Source: a virus
DNA length: 64,000 nucleotides
Reading direction: 5' to 3' (one strand)
IMG/VR virus record: IMGVR_UViG_3300027906_000002
Location: 115,403-179,402 of that record
This document shows positions 1 through 10,522 of the stretch, in pieces. A model generated the notes under the pieces. It searched no databases and was not told the origin of the DNA. It saw nothing but the letters and a program-made list of their open reading frames with translations. Each line of letters starts with the position of its first letter. Within the stretch, counting starts at the first letter, position 1. Both the position numbers and the translations under genes were made by a program.

Positions 1-2
1 CT

Positions 3-1418
3 CTAATTCTTACCAATGTAACTGGTAGCTTTACTGCCTCAGAAACTATTAGTGAGTCTGGTGGATTCACTGGTAGTGTAAGTAATGTAACTTACTCTGG
101 AGATGCTCGTGGTGCTTATCTAGCAAGTGTTCCTACATTCGCAGCAGATGATAAAGAGGTATTGATATACCATAGAAACCATTGTATGCACAACAGAACA
201 AATAATGTTACTGTTGAAGGTGCTGTATCAGAGATTGCTAATACAACATTAACAAGTGCGTTATCAATAGGAACTACTACCATTAACGTTGAAGATGGAA
301 CTAATTTCCATACTGTTGTTAATGGTGCAGCAATTAGTGCTAGTAATCCTGGATATCTTAAGATCGGTGATGAGATTGTTCAGTACGCTGCAGTTGCATC
401 TGATGGTAAATCTATTACAGTAGCTACTGGTGGTAGAGGTGCTAATAGTACTACTGAAGTTGCACACTCTTCAGGTGATATCGTAGAGTGTTATAACCTA
501 GATGGTATTCCACTTATTGATATTAATAAGACCCATACAAGTATATCTTGTCCTTGGTTAGATACTTATATGCTTCACATAACTGGTGTAGCAACAAATG
601 GTATACGTGGTGGTGGTGATCTAATTTGGGCTAGTCAGAATACACAATTTGAAACTATGACACCAAATGTTTCAGTAATGGATTTACCAGAAACTGACAT
701 TACTACTACTGTGAATACCACAAGTGCAACTTCTATTGGTAATGGAAGTACTAGTGTTGATCAAGCTTCATTTGTTAATGATGGAACATATGTTCCTATC
801 ACTCTTAATAATATGAACTTCTTTGATAACCCAAGAATGATTTGTTCTGAAGTTAATGAACTTGCTAAGTTGAGTGGTACTAAGTCACTGACAATGAGGA
901 TTCAATTATCCACAGAGAAGGCTTCATTATCTCCTGTTGTTGACCTTGACAGATGTTCAATGATTACTACAATGAACAGAATCAATAAGTGGCCAGGTGG
1001 TCCTGAAGCATATGGTCAGCAAAACAATATAGATACATCACAGGATGTTTCCGTATTACCATTCGGTGATCAGAATGACGCTGTTTATATAACTCGTCTT
1101 GCAAGATTAGCAAGAGAATCGAGATCTATAAGAGTTGATTTCCAAATGTCACGTCCTCCACAATCTGAAATTAGAGTATACTATAGAGTATTCATGACAG
1201 GAAGTGGTGATGATGTTGATTCAGTTGGTTGGACTTTAATGCCACCACCACTACAATATGATGATGCACCATCAGAAGAAATTCTGTGGAAGGATTATTA
1301 CTATGAAACTAGCGGATTGAACTTCAATGCATTCCAACTTAAGATTGTAATGAGATCTTCAAATCAAGCTAAAGTACCTTTAATCGCAGACTTACGTGCT
1401 ATTTGCCTTGCAACATAA
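3..1418 (+). CDS. C-terminal part of a large VrlC-like baseplate-region virion protein (5' truncated by the window)
   Basis: Frame is open from base 3 (LILTNVTGSFTASET...) through ORF 162..1418; beta-rich T/G/S composition; the C-terminus (FQLKIVMRSSNQAKVPLIADLRAICLA) and position before the fibre/gp13 match cyanomyophage VrlC-like proteins. Confidence 0.7.
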   Translation, partial: LILTNVTGSFTASETISESGGFTGSVSNVTYSGDARGAYLASVPTFAADDKEVLIYHRNHCMHNRTNNVTVEGAVSEIANTTLTSALSIGTTTINVEDGTNFHTVVNGAAISASNPGYLKIGDEIVQYAAVASDGKSITVATGGRGANSTTEVAHSSGDIVECYNLDGIPLIDINKTHTSISCPWLDTYMLHITGVATNGIRGGGDLIWASQNTQFETMTPNVSVMDLPETDITTTVNTTSATSIGNGSTSVDQASFVNDGTYVPITLNNMNFFDNPRMICSEVNELAKLSGTKSLTMRIQLSTEKASLSPVVDLDRCSMITTMNRINKWPGGPEAYGQQNNIDTSQDVSVLPFGDQNDAVYITRLARLARESRSIRVDFQMSRPPQSEIRVYYRVFMTGSGDDVDSVGWTLMPPPLQYDDAPSEEILWKDYYYETSGLNFNAFQLKIVMRSSNQAKVPLIADLRAICLAT

Positions 1419-1657
1419 TGAATCCAGACGACTTAATACCTGTTGATGGGAAAGAGGGTTGGTATCGGGATCCGAATACCAACGCTATAATCAATGCCAA
1501 TCAATCAGAATATGATAAATACATGGCGACTTACAATAAGCGTCAGAAAGAAATTTCGGAAAAGAAGGCTTTACAAAATGATGTTTCTGAGTTAAAATCA
1601 GAGATAAGTGAGATAAAGTCACTCTTGAAAACGTTAGCTAACAAAACCGTATCATGA
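1418..1657 (+). CDS. Small conserved cyanophage hypothetical protein with C-terminal coiled coil
   Basis: TAATG stop/start overlap at 1416-1420; MNPDDLIPVDGKEGWYRDPNTNAIIN... Confidence 0.7.
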   Translation: MNPDDLIPVDGKEGWYRDPNTNAIINANQSEYDKYMATYNKRQKEISEKKALQNDVSELKSEISEIKSLLKTLANKTVS

Positions 1658-1890
1658 CAGACCCAGTAGAAAAGGTATCGCAAGAAACGATGCTTGCTCA
1701 ATTTAAAGAGCGTTTGCAAAATTTGGTGAATGAAAACCAAGAAGCAGCAAAGAAGATTAAAGATAATGAAGTAGTTGCTTTGAAACTACAAGGTGCTATT
1801 GAGGCACTGGAATATTATCAAGAAAATCCACCAACACCCGAAGTGGATAACGTAGATATACCTGGTGATGATATCACCGACCAAGAATAA
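1654..1890 (+). CDS. Hypothetical coiled-coil protein
   Basis: ATGA overlap with the upstream stop; 78 aa ORF. Confidence 0.7.
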   Translation: MTDPVEKVSQETMLAQFKERLQNLVNENQEAAKKIKDNEVVALKLQGAIEALEYYQENPPTPEVDNVDIPGDDITDQE

Positions 1891-1892
1891 TT

Positions 1893-1918
1893 AAAGGGGG
1901 ATTAAGTTCCCCCTTTTT
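1893..1918 (+). terminator. Rho-independent terminator
   Basis: AAGGGGGA-TTAAGT-TCCCCCTT hairpin followed by a T run. Confidence 0.8.
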
Positions 1919-1925
1919 AATGACA

Positions 1926-1931
1926 TAAATA
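1926..1931 (+). promoter_or_regulatory. T4-type late promoter (TAAATA) for the fibre gene
   Basis: TAAATA about 37 nt upstream of the fibre ATG, just after the terminator. Confidence 0.65.
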
Positions 1932-1967
1932 ACTTGGAAGCATGTTTTATAGAGTTGTTCCAATAAA

Positions 1968-4900
1968 ATGGCAAATAGAATACAGTTAAGACGAGGTGGT
2001 GCTCAGGAATGGGCAAACTCAAACCCTACATTGGCACAAGGTGAATTAGGGATAGAATTAGACACTGGTCGATTTAAAATTGGAGATGGCGTTACAGCGT
2101 GGAACTCTTTGAGGTACGAGAGACCCGTTGAATCAACATCTAATACCGCAAATACTTTAGTACAAAGAGACGCAGACGGTAATTTCGCTGCAGGTACTAT
2201 AACATCAACTCTAATTGGTAATGCTTCAACTTCAACAAGACTTGCTTCAACTCGTCAGATTCAACTCTCCGACGACATTCAAGCTTCTGGTGTATTTGAT
2301 GGTTCTACAAACTTAAACTTATCAACATCTTTAGAGCTGATTTCAACCTTACCACATTATGATGGTACTGGTACTGCAGAAGGAACGTATACTAAAGTTA
2401 CTGTAGATGCTAAAGGAAGAATTAAAACAGCAACCAATCCAACTACTCTTGCCGCATATGGTTTAGATACAAGTATAGAAGGGTCTGGTGCTCAACCATA
2501 TGATAATGATCTTAATGCGATAGCAAGTCTTACTACAACTGGATTTATTTCTAGAACTAGTTCTGGTGCTACGAGTACTAGAACAATTACTGGTACTGCT
2601 ACAAGGATAGCTATTACTGAAGGTGCTGGTATTAATGATAACCCATCAATTGATCTTATCACGACTGCTGTTACTGCTGCTGAATATAATGCAGCATCAC
2701 TAACATCAATTGCAGGTTCAGAAACTGTTAACACTAATAACTATATTGTTGATTCTTATGGTAGATTAACATCATCTGTAACTCTACCAATTGCAACGGC
2801 AACTCAGGGAACTACTGCAGCTGCATATAATAATGGATCAACATATTCTAGAAATGATCAGATAACAAATGCATCTAATCTCTATCAAGCTATTGCAGAT
2901 GTAACTGCTGGAGCTGGAGCACCTACACATACAGATGCTACTGATGCTGGATCATGGAGATGGTTAGGTGCTAGTGCATCACCTCAGAAAGGACTTGCTT
3001 CATTTGACCAAGAAGATTTTGATGTATCTGCAGCAGGTCATGTTACATTCGCTGCTGGTGCTATTGATAATGATCAATTACAAAATAGTAGAATTTCCTT
3101 TGCTGACGGTAACTCTAAAGAGGACTTCGACCTAGATCAAGAACTAACTGCTACTACAGGATACCGTGGATTCAACTATCTCAACTATCTCAAGGTTAAT
3201 GATACAAGTGGTAATCTACTGTTTGGGGCAAATAATACGGGTGATGGTGGTGCTGGAGAAGTTGATATTAACGCAAGACTTTATTTTAGTGATGCAGACA
3301 TTACCCTCGATGGGGCGGTTGCACAAACTTTAGACAAGACTGGAGATGGTAATCTAACATTCCAGACTACACAGAACTCAACATCTGCTAGATCTTTAAG
3401 TATACTTGCAACTAACTCTGGTTCTGGTACAAGTACAGTAACTATTTCTGCAGAAGATGTAGTTGATATAGATGCATCAGATGCTGCTGGTAAAGTTCAT
3501 GTAGAGAACTTAAGGTTCCAAGGTAACTACATGGGTGGTACTGGTGATATTTTAATTGACCCTAATGATGATAGGGATATCACTGGATTGGTAACTATAC
3601 GAGGTAATTTACAAGTAGATGGAACAACGACAACCGTTAATTCAACAGTTACAACGTTGGATGATCCTATTATTACTCTTGGTGGCGATAGTGCTCCAGG
3701 TAGTGATGACAATAAGGATCGTGGAGTTGAGTTCCGTTACTATGACAGCTCAGCAAAAGTTGGATTCTTTGGCTACGATGATTCGTATTCAGATCTTGCA
3801 GGACATTCAGGGGGATTTAGATTCCTCTACGATGCCACAAATACCTCAGAAGTATTTGCTGGAACAGATGCAGGGGTCATCGGTGGAAACTTAAAACTTA
3901 CAACTGGTACAGCATCTACTACTAATACTACTGGTGACTTAGTGGTCGCAGGTGGTGCTGGAATCGGTGGTAGTGTCAATATTGGTGGTTCAGTAGATAT
4001 TGATACTAATCTCACTGTTCATGGTACAACTCTCCATGATGACAATATTGTTATCCAAGGTGCTTCTAAGGTTCTACAACTTAATAATGGTAGTGGAACT
4101 ACTAGAGTAGAACTACAATCAACAACTGGTAATGCATCATTCTATGGTGTTGTTGATATAACTAACAACCTTAATATTAATGCAACCAAGTTTAATGTTG
4201 TAGCAGCATCTGGTAATACTGCTATTGCTGGTACTCTAACAGTATCTGATGAAACTATAGTTAAAGCAGACAATAAGACCTTCAAAGTTCAGACTGCTGC
4301 TGGAGTAGATAAGTTTGTTGTTGATACCGATAATGGTGATACTAATACTGAAGGTAAATTAAATGTTGCTGACCTAGTTCATTTTGAATCAACAGACAAT
4401 CCTAATATTGTATCTGGTGCTCCACATACAATTGGGTCTGCTGACTACGGTGCATTAAGAGTAGATGGTGGTGGATACTTTGATAAGGACGTTCTGTTTA
4501 ATGGTGACTTATATCTAAACGGTGACTTTAACCAGCAAGAAGACGCAACTGAGAACTATGGTTTAAGGAACTACCTATCTGTAAGATACAAACTCCGTAC
4601 TGGTTCTGTTGCTGCATACACACCAAGTTATTCAAACCACAACACTTCTAACTTAAGAGTCTTTGGTGGTGCTGGTGTTAACACTTCATTACATGTTGGT
4701 GGTACTGGTTCTGGAGAAGGTTTCTTTGTAGGTAAGAAGAACTCTGGAGATTCAGTTAAGTTCCAAGTTCTAGGTGCTTCAGGAGATATCACATCTGAAG
4801 GTGATCTAGTACAAAATGGTAATTCGGAATTTAATGGTACTGTTGATGTTGATGCAGACTTTGCTGTTCGTTCTGGTACAACAGATAAATTCTTTGTTGA

Positions 4901-7900
4901 TAATGCTACTGGTGATACGAATATAGAAGGTACATTAACTGCTGATGGACATGTAGAATTTAATACAACACTTAATGTTGATGGTGCTACTACATTACAA
5001 GATAACGTAACTATCAATGCTGACAATAAGGCGTTTAAGATACAGAACAATAGTAATGTAGATAAGTTTGTTGTTGATACAGATAATGGTAATACAGAAA
5101 CACAAGGTACATTAACTGTACAAGGTCAAACAAATATTATTGATTCACTTGTAATTAATGCTGCTAACGAAAGTTTTGATGTTCAAAATGGATCTGCTGT
5201 ATCTAAGTTCTCAATTGATACTGATAATGGTAACACAAATATCATTGGTACATTAACCGTTGGTGATGCTACACAGATTAATGATACATTCCAAACATCT
5301 GGTGTTAATACATTTACTGCTAACACGCAACAAACATTAACAGGATCATACGCTGCTGATGGTGCTATTAGATTAACTGGTGGTGCTGCTATTGGTAAGA
5401 ATCTTGCGATTGGTGAAGGTTTAAGAGTATATGGTAATACAGAACTTAGTAGTGCATTAGATCTTAATGCTAGTGCTGATGTTTCAGGTAATTTTGTAAT
5501 TAGTAATACTGATGAAGCAACATCTCTTGCAGATAATTCAGTTGCTCTTCAAGTTTCTGGTGGTGCAACGATTGATAAGAACACCTATATTGGTGGAAAC
5601 TTTGTAGTTTATGATGGGACTAATACACGTTCAGCATTCACTGTAACTAATAGTTCAGGTGATGGTGAATTCCATAATGACCTTACAGTTGGAGGTAACT
5701 TAATAGTTAATGGATCAACAACTACTGTCAATAGTACGGTCACAACTCTCGATGACCCTATTATTACTCTGGGTGGTGACACAGCACCATCGTCTAACGA
5801 TGCTAAGGATAGGGGTGTTGAGTTCCGTTACTACGACGGCTCTGCTAAAATTGGGTTCTTCGGATACGACAGATCAGCAAACCAATTCGCATTCCTAACA
5901 ACTGTTACTAATACTGCTGAAGTAATGGCAGGAACAGATGGTGCTCTAAGAATTGGATCACTTAATGTAACTGGTGCTGGTACATCAGTTGATATTGACA
6001 ACAACTTAAATGTTGATGGCACTGCAACAGTAGATGGTCAGATTATATCTAATCTTACTACTGGTACTGCTCCATTCTCTATTGCTTCTACTACTAAGGT
6101 TAACAACTTAAACGTTGATTACCTTGATAACATGACAACTGCAAGTGCTAATACAGCATCTACTGTTGTTAATCGTGATGGATCTGGAGACTTTGCTGCT
6201 AATCAAATCACTGCTGCGAGTGCTGCAGGTGCAGGTGCAGGTTTCTTAGGTAATGCATCTTCTGCTGATATATGGAAGACTGCTAGAGTATTAACAATTG
6301 ATGGTGTTGTAAATGGTAATGTATCCATTGATGGTAGTGCTGCTGTTACTCTTACAACTACTTACGATGATGCTGATATAACTGCACTTGCTGCACAGTC
6401 TGGTACTGGGTACATGGTCAGGACTGCTGCAAACACTTATGCTCATAGAACATTTGGTGTAACAGCATCTTCTGGTATTACACTTACCAATGCTGATGGT
6501 ATATCAGGTAACACAACAATTAACGTTGCTTCTGCATCATCCAACGCTGCAAATAACTTAGTCATACGTGACGCATCTGGTGACTTTGCTGCTAATGAGA
6601 TTACTTCAGATTTAGTTGGTAACCTTACAGGTGCTACTTCTACTACTAAGGATCTTAATCCTGCTGCTGATAGCACATACGATCTTGGAACTAATACAGT
6701 TAGATGGCAAGGAATCTTTGCAGATGCTGCAAACATAACTGCTATTACTGGTGCGTTAACTGGTAACGTAACTGGTCAAGTTTCAGATATTTCTAATCAT
6801 AATACTGGTGCTTTAACAGAAGGATCTAATCTTTACTACACTAATGAGCGTGTAGATGATAGAGTCAATGCTCTTATAGTTGCTGGTACAGGTATAACTA
6901 AGGTTTATGATGATGCTGCTGGAACGTATACTCTTACAGTTACACAGGCAGATGTTAATACCGATAATGTAACAGAAGGTTCTACTAACCTCTTTACTAC
7001 TGCTGCAAGAACCAGAACACACTTCACATATGGTACTGGTATCACACATGATGGTTCAGGTGCTCTTTCTGTAACACAGGCAGACATTAACACAGATAAT
7101 GTAACTGAAGGTTCAACCAATCTCTTTACAACTGCTGCTAGAACTAGAACTCACTTCACATATGGTACAGGTATTAAACTTGCTACTGCTGACATAGCAA
7201 TAGACTTTACTGAGTTTAATACTGATAGCATAACTGAAGGATCATCTAATCTTTATTACACTGATGCTAGGGCAGACGCACGTATTGCTGCTGCTGATAC
7301 TGGAGATCTTACTGAGGGTAGTAACCTTTACTACACAGACGCTAGAGCAGATGCACGTATTGCTGCTGCTGATACTGATGATTTATCTGAAGGTTCAACA
7401 AATCTTTATTATACAGACGCAAGAGCAAATGTAAGAGTTGCAGCTGCTACTGGAGCAAACTTAGATCTATCAAGTAAATCTACAACTAACCTTTCTGAAG
7501 GAACTAATCAATATTATACAGAAGCAAGAGTACAAGCAAAACTTGATAATGCATTTGAGCAATTGAGTGCAATGCTTAATAACCTTGCAACTTCAACTAC
7601 ATTGGTACTAAATCTATCTGGAGATCCTACTCCTGGATCTGTTGTAACACTTGGATCAATTGTTACTAATGGTGTTGGTGGATTTACTAATGCAACTGGA
7701 GTTGCTACGAGTGGAGGTACTGGTTCTGGGTTAACTGTTGATACTACTACAGTAGGTGGAGTGGTTAGTGCAATCGCTCTGAATGCTGCTGGTTCTGGAT
7801 ATGAAGTTGGTGATACTTTAACACTTACTAACCCCAACCTTGGTGGTGTTTCTACACTTAACCTTGGTACTTTGGTAGGTGGTACTGGATACGTCACAGC

Positions 7901-8780
7901 AACTGGAGTTGCTACATCATCCTCTGGATCAGGAACAGGTGCTACTGTTAACATTACTGCTACAAACGGTGTTCTTACCAACGTCTCAGTTAATGCTGCT
8001 GGATCTGGATATGCAAACGGTGAGACATTAACTATTGCTAACGCTAATTCATCTGGTGTCAAGACTCTTGGATCAATTGCTACTGCTGGTACTGGATACT
8101 CTGCAGGAACTGTTGCTACAGGAGCAAGTGGATCTGGTGCTGGACTAACAGTTTCTATTAGTGTTGATGGTTCGGGTGCTGTAACTGGTGCGACTATCGT
8201 TAACGATGGTTTGAACTATGCTGCTTCTGAAGTTATTACACTAACAAATGCTAATGCATCTGGTGTTAAAACTCTTGGAACTATCTCTGCTGCTGGTACT
8301 GGATATACTGAAGGAACTACAACTGGAGTTGCTACATCATCCTCTGGATCAGGAACAGGATTGACAGTTGATGTAACTGCTAATGCTAGTGGAAATGTTA
8401 CTGCTGTTGCTATCAATGTTGATGGATTGAATTATGCAGCATCCGAAGTTATAACTATTACAGGTGGTGGTGGGGATGCTACTATCCCAGTTTCTGCTAT
8501 ACATGGTAATGGAGCAACAATCCCTGTTTCTGCTATACATGGCACAGGAGCTTCACTTAATACTTCAACTACCTTTACCAATGCTACATTCGCTCTATCT
8601 GACATCACAACGATGGAAGTTGGTGCAACTGTAACTGGTGGTACTTCAGGTTCAACAGGAGTTATCACTGCTCTAGGTGCTACTTCAGTTACCGTTGATA
8701 ATGTTGATGGATTCTTCAAGAAAGGAGAAACCGTTGGTGCTAATGATGTTACTAACTTGACTATCCAATCATTCGCTTAA
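1968..8780 (+). CDS. Long tail-fibre-like virion structural protein (2270 aa) with Mtd_N-like N-terminus and internal repeats
   Basis: N-terminal RIQLRRG..EW..NPTLAQGELGIELDTGRFKIGDG..W..L.Y motif; G/T/A/S-rich repeats; lies upstream of gp13. Confidence 0.8.
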   Translation: MANRIQLRRGGAQEWANSNPTLAQGELGIELDTGRFKIGDGVTAWNSLRYERPVESTSNTANTLVQRDADGNFAAGTITSTLIGNASTSTRLASTRQIQLSDDIQASGVFDGSTNLNLSTSLELISTLPHYDGTGTAEGTYTKVTVDAKGRIKTATNPTTLAAYGLDTSIEGSGAQPYDNDLNAIASLTTTGFISRTSSGATSTRTITGTATRIAITEGAGINDNPSIDLITTAVTAAEYNAASLTSIAGSETVNTNNYIVDSYGRLTSSVTLPIATATQGTTAAAYNNGSTYSRNDQITNASNLYQAIADVTAGAGAPTHTDATDAGSWRWLGASASPQKGLASFDQEDFDVSAAGHVTFAAGAIDNDQLQNSRISFADGNSKEDFDLDQELTATTGYRGFNYLNYLKVNDTSGNLLFGANNTGDGGAGEVDINARLYFSDADITLDGAVAQTLDKTGDGNLTFQTTQNSTSARSLSILATNSGSGTSTVTISAEDVVDIDASDAAGKVHVENLRFQGNYMGGTGDILIDPNDDRDITGLVTIRGNLQVDGTTTTVNSTVTTLDDPIITLGGDSAPGSDDNKDRGVEFRYYDSSAKVGFFGYDDSYSDLAGHSGGFRFLYDATNTSEVFAGTDAGVIGGNLKLTTGTASTTNTTGDLVVAGGAGIGGSVNIGGSVDIDTNLTVHGTTLHDDNIVIQGASKVLQLNNGSGTTRVELQSTTGNASFYGVVDITNNLNINATKFNVVAASGNTAIAGTLTVSDETIVKADNKTFKVQTAAGVDKFVVDTDNGDTNTEGKLNVADLVHFESTDNPNIVSGAPHTIGSADYGALRVDGGGYFDKDVLFNGDLYLNGDFNQQEDATENYGLRNYLSVRYKLRTGSVAAYTPSYSNHNTSNLRVFGGAGVNTSLHVGGTGSGEGFFVGKKNSGDSVKFQVLGASGDITSEGDLVQNGNSEFNGTVDVDADFAVRSGTTDKFFVDNATGDTNIEGTLTADGHVEFNTTLNVDGATTLQDNVTINADNKAFKIQNNSNVDKFVVDTDNGNTETQGTLTVQGQTNIIDSLVINAANESFDVQNGSAVSKFSIDTDNGNTNIIGTLTVGDATQINDTFQTSGVNTFTANTQQTLTGSYAADGAIRLTGGAAIGKNLAIGEGLRVYGNTELSSALDLNASADVSGNFVISNTDEATSLADNSVALQVSGGATIDKNTYIGGNFVVYDGTNTRSAFTVTNSSGDGEFHNDLTVGGNLIVNGSTTTVNSTVTTLDDPIITLGGDTAPSSNDAKDRGVEFRYYDGSAKIGFFGYDRSANQFAFLTTVTNTAEVMAGTDGALRIGSLNVTGAGTSVDIDNNLNVDGTATVDGQIISNLTTGTAPFSIASTTKVNNLNVDYLDNMTTASANTASTVVNRDGSGDFAANQITAASAAGAGAGFLGNASSADIWKTARVLTIDGVVNGNVSIDGSAAVTLTTTYDDADITALAAQSGTGYMVRTAANTYAHRTFGVTASSGITLTNADGISGNTTINVASASSNAANNLVIRDASGDFAANEITSDLVGNLTGATSTTKDLNPAADSTYDLGTNTVRWQGIFADAANITAITGALTGNVTGQVSDISNHNTGALTEGSNLYYTNERVDDRVNALIVAGTGITKVYDDAAGTYTLTVTQADVNTDNVTEGSTNLFTTAARTRTHFTYGTGITHDGSGALSVTQADINTDNVTEGSTNLFTTAARTRTHFTYGTGIKLATADIAIDFTEFNTDSITEGSSNLYYTDARADARIAAADTGDLTEGSNLYYTDARADARIAAADTDDLSEGSTNLYYTDARANVRVAAATGANLDLSSKSTTNLSEGTNQYYTEARVQAKLDNAFEQLSAMLNNLATSTTLVLNLSGDPTPGSVVTLGSIVTNGVGGFTNATGVATSGGTGSGLTVDTTTVGGVVSAIALNAAGSGYEVGDTLTLTNPNLGGVSTLNLGTLVGGTGYVTATGVATSSSGSGTGATVNITATNGVLTNVSVNAAGSGYANGETLTIANANSSGVKTLGSIATAGTGYSAGTVATGASGSGAGLTVSISVDGSGAVTGATIVNDGLNYAASEVITLTNANASGVKTLGTISAAGTGYTEGTTTGVATSSSGSGTGLTVDVTANASGNVTAVAINVDGLNYAASEVITITGGGGDATIPVSAIHGNGATIPVSAIHGTGASLNTSTTFTNATFALSDITTMEVGATVTGGTSGSTGVITALGATSVTVDNVDGFFKKGETVGANDVTNLTIQSFA
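3621..5880 (+). repeat. Two copies of a ~55-aa fibre module (TTTVNSTVTTLDDPIITLGGD...DRGVEFRYYD..AK.GFFGYD) at about 3621-3785 and 5712-5875
   Basis: Near-identical protein sequence with diverged synonymous sites. Confidence 0.85.
6805..7530 (+). repeat. Tandem TEGS.NL(Y/F)(Y/T)T..R fibre repeats (about 7 copies, including two VTQAD.NTDNVTEGSTNLFTTAARTRTHFTYGTGI units)
   Basis: Visible in translation and DNA. Confidence 0.85.
7900..8359 (+). repeat. Identical 40-nt direct repeat at 7900-7939 and 8320-8359 within the C-terminal G/S/T-rich fibre modules
   Basis: caactggagttgctacatcatcctctggatcaggaacagg occurs twice, 420 nt apart. Confidence 0.9.
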
Positions 8781-8785
8781 GATAA

Positions 8786-9592
8786 ATGTCAGCTACAAGA
8801 CCAGCAACTAAAACTGAGATAAAAGATTATGCTCTTCGTAGGTTAGGATATCCTACGATAGACATCAACGTTGCTACTGAGCAACTAGATGATCTTATTG
8901 AAGAAGCAATCGATTACTATCAGGAATATCATTATAATGGAAGTTATAAAACTTTCATGAGAGTTGAAGTTACACAGGCTATGTTGGATCAGGCAGAGGG
9001 ATTTACTCAGGAAGGTTCAACTTCGTGGTATGGTGCAGACAATTATATTGATACACCTCCAGGAATGTTAGGTATCAATCATGTGTATACCAATATTGGT
9101 ATGTCGAAAATGTCTGGTGGTAATATATTCAATATTAAATATCAACTCTTCTTGAATGATATGTACAATATGACGCATGGTCGTATTTTACATTACTTTA
9201 TGACTTCTCAATATCTTGAGACTTTAGATTGGGTGACCAACTCTCAAGCAAATCGTAGAATTAAATGGAACGAGCAACAAGGTCGACTTTATATGGACTT
9301 TGATTGGAAAGATATATCACCAGGTGATTATATTATGGTTGATTGTAACATGCGTCAAGACCCAGAAACTTATACTTCTATGTACAATGATAACTGGTTG
9401 AAGGATTATGTGGAAGCACTTTTCCAACAACAGTGGGGTCGTAACTTAAGTAAGTATGATGGCATTCAAATGCTAGGTGGTGTTACACTTAATGGTCGTC
9501 AGATTCTTGAGGATGCATCAACCTTTAAAGTGGATCTTGAAAAAGAACTGCGTGATCGTTATGAGTTACCACCATTAGATCTAGTAGGTTAA
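8786..9592 (+). CDS. gp13: Neck protein gp13
   Basis: LRRLGYPTIDINV..EQLDDLI; WGRNLSKYDGIQMLGGVTLNG motifs; synteny. Confidence 0.93.
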   Translation: MSATRPATKTEIKDYALRRLGYPTIDINVATEQLDDLIEEAIDYYQEYHYNGSYKTFMRVEVTQAMLDQAEGFTQEGSTSWYGADNYIDTPPGMLGINHVYTNIGMSKMSGGNIFNIKYQLFLNDMYNMTHGRILHYFMTSQYLETLDWVTNSQANRRIKWNEQQGRLYMDFDWKDISPGDYIMVDCNMRQDPETYTSMYNDNWLKDYVEALFQQQWGRNLSKYDGIQMLGGVTLNGRQILEDASTFKVDLEKELRDRYELPPLDLVG

Positions 9593-9595
9593 TGT

Positions 9596-10522
9596 ATGGC
9601 ATATTCAAATACACCAGCACAGGATTACGTTCAGTCAGACTATACTAATTCTGCAAGATTGAACATTAATGGTTCTGCTCAAGAGCAGAAGTTCATGGAA
9701 AACTTAGTTGTAGAGAGCATTGAAATTTACGGGCAAGATATTTACTACGTGCCGAGAACTATTGTCAACCGTGATACAGTCTTCGGAGAGGACTCTGATG
9801 GCAAATTTGAAAGTGCCAAAGCTATTCGTGCCTATGTCAATAATGTTGAAGGATGGGAAGGCCAAGGCGAGCTTCTTACGAAGTTTGGAATCCGCATCGA
9901 GGATAAGACAACGTTTATATTCTCCCGTGAAAAGTTTAAAGAAAAGGTTGATGACTCGACTGTACTCAATGTCGAAGGAAGACCCAACGAAGGGGATTTA
10001 ATTTGGTTCCCACTAACAAAACATTTATTTGAAATTAAGTTTGTAGAAGTCGAACGTCCTTTCTATCAGTTAGGTAAAGGGTATGTTTGGGAATGTCAGT
10101 GCGAACTCTTCGAGTATAGTGACGAAGAGATTGATACTGGTCTCGCTGCTCTTGATGCTATAGAGACTAACTTTGCTAATGCTATTACAGTTGGTCTTGT
10201 TGCTGGTGGGTCAGGAGACTTTACTGTTGGTGAGACTGTAACTGGTGGAACATCTAATGTTACTGCTGAAGTTAAGTCTTGGGATTCTGGTACAAGGACA
10301 CTTATTGTTATTAATCGCTCTGGTACGTTTACTATACCAGAGACAATTACAGGAGGTACATCCAGTGCATCTTGGACAACGGCTACATATAATACAGTAG
10401 ATAATAAGAATATTACCTACGATCAAAACTACGAGTTTGAAACAGCTGACAACGATATTATCGACTTTAGCGAATCTAATCCATTTGGTACAGTTGCATC
10501 ATCCACTGACTTGACAATCTAA
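9596..10522 (+). CDS. gp14: Neck protein gp14
   Basis: ESIEIYGQDIYYVPR; RPNEGDLIWFPL; FYQLGKGYVWECQCELFEYS; synteny. Confidence 0.93.
   Translation: MAYSNTPAQDYVQSDYTNSARLNINGSAQEQKFMENLVVESIEIYGQDIYYVPRTIVNRDTVFGEDSDGKFESAKAIRAYVNNVEGWEGQGELLTKFGIRIEDKTTFIFSREKFKEKVDDSTVLNVEGRPNEGDLIWFPLTKHLFEIKFVEVERPFYQLGKGYVWECQCELFEYSDEEIDTGLAALDAIETNFANAITVGLVAGGSGDFTVGETVTGGTSNVTAEVKSWDSGTRTLIVINRSGTFTIPETITGGTSSASWTTATYNTVDNKNITYDQNYEFETADNDIIDFSESNPFGTVASSTDLTI

Noticed and set aside
1968-2120. Mtd-like N-terminus suggesting a diversity-generating retroelement
   Set aside because: No reverse transcriptase and no template/variable repeat pair with adenine-specific differences in the window
6805-7530. 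Repeat array that could be mistaken for CRISPR
   Set aside because: The repeats are in-frame, degenerate at third positions and lack unique spacers; no cas genes
2492-8719. Many minus-strand ORFs of 60-180 aa inside the fibre gene
   Set aside because: Antisense shadows of GGT/ACT/GCT-rich codons, with no RBS or motifs
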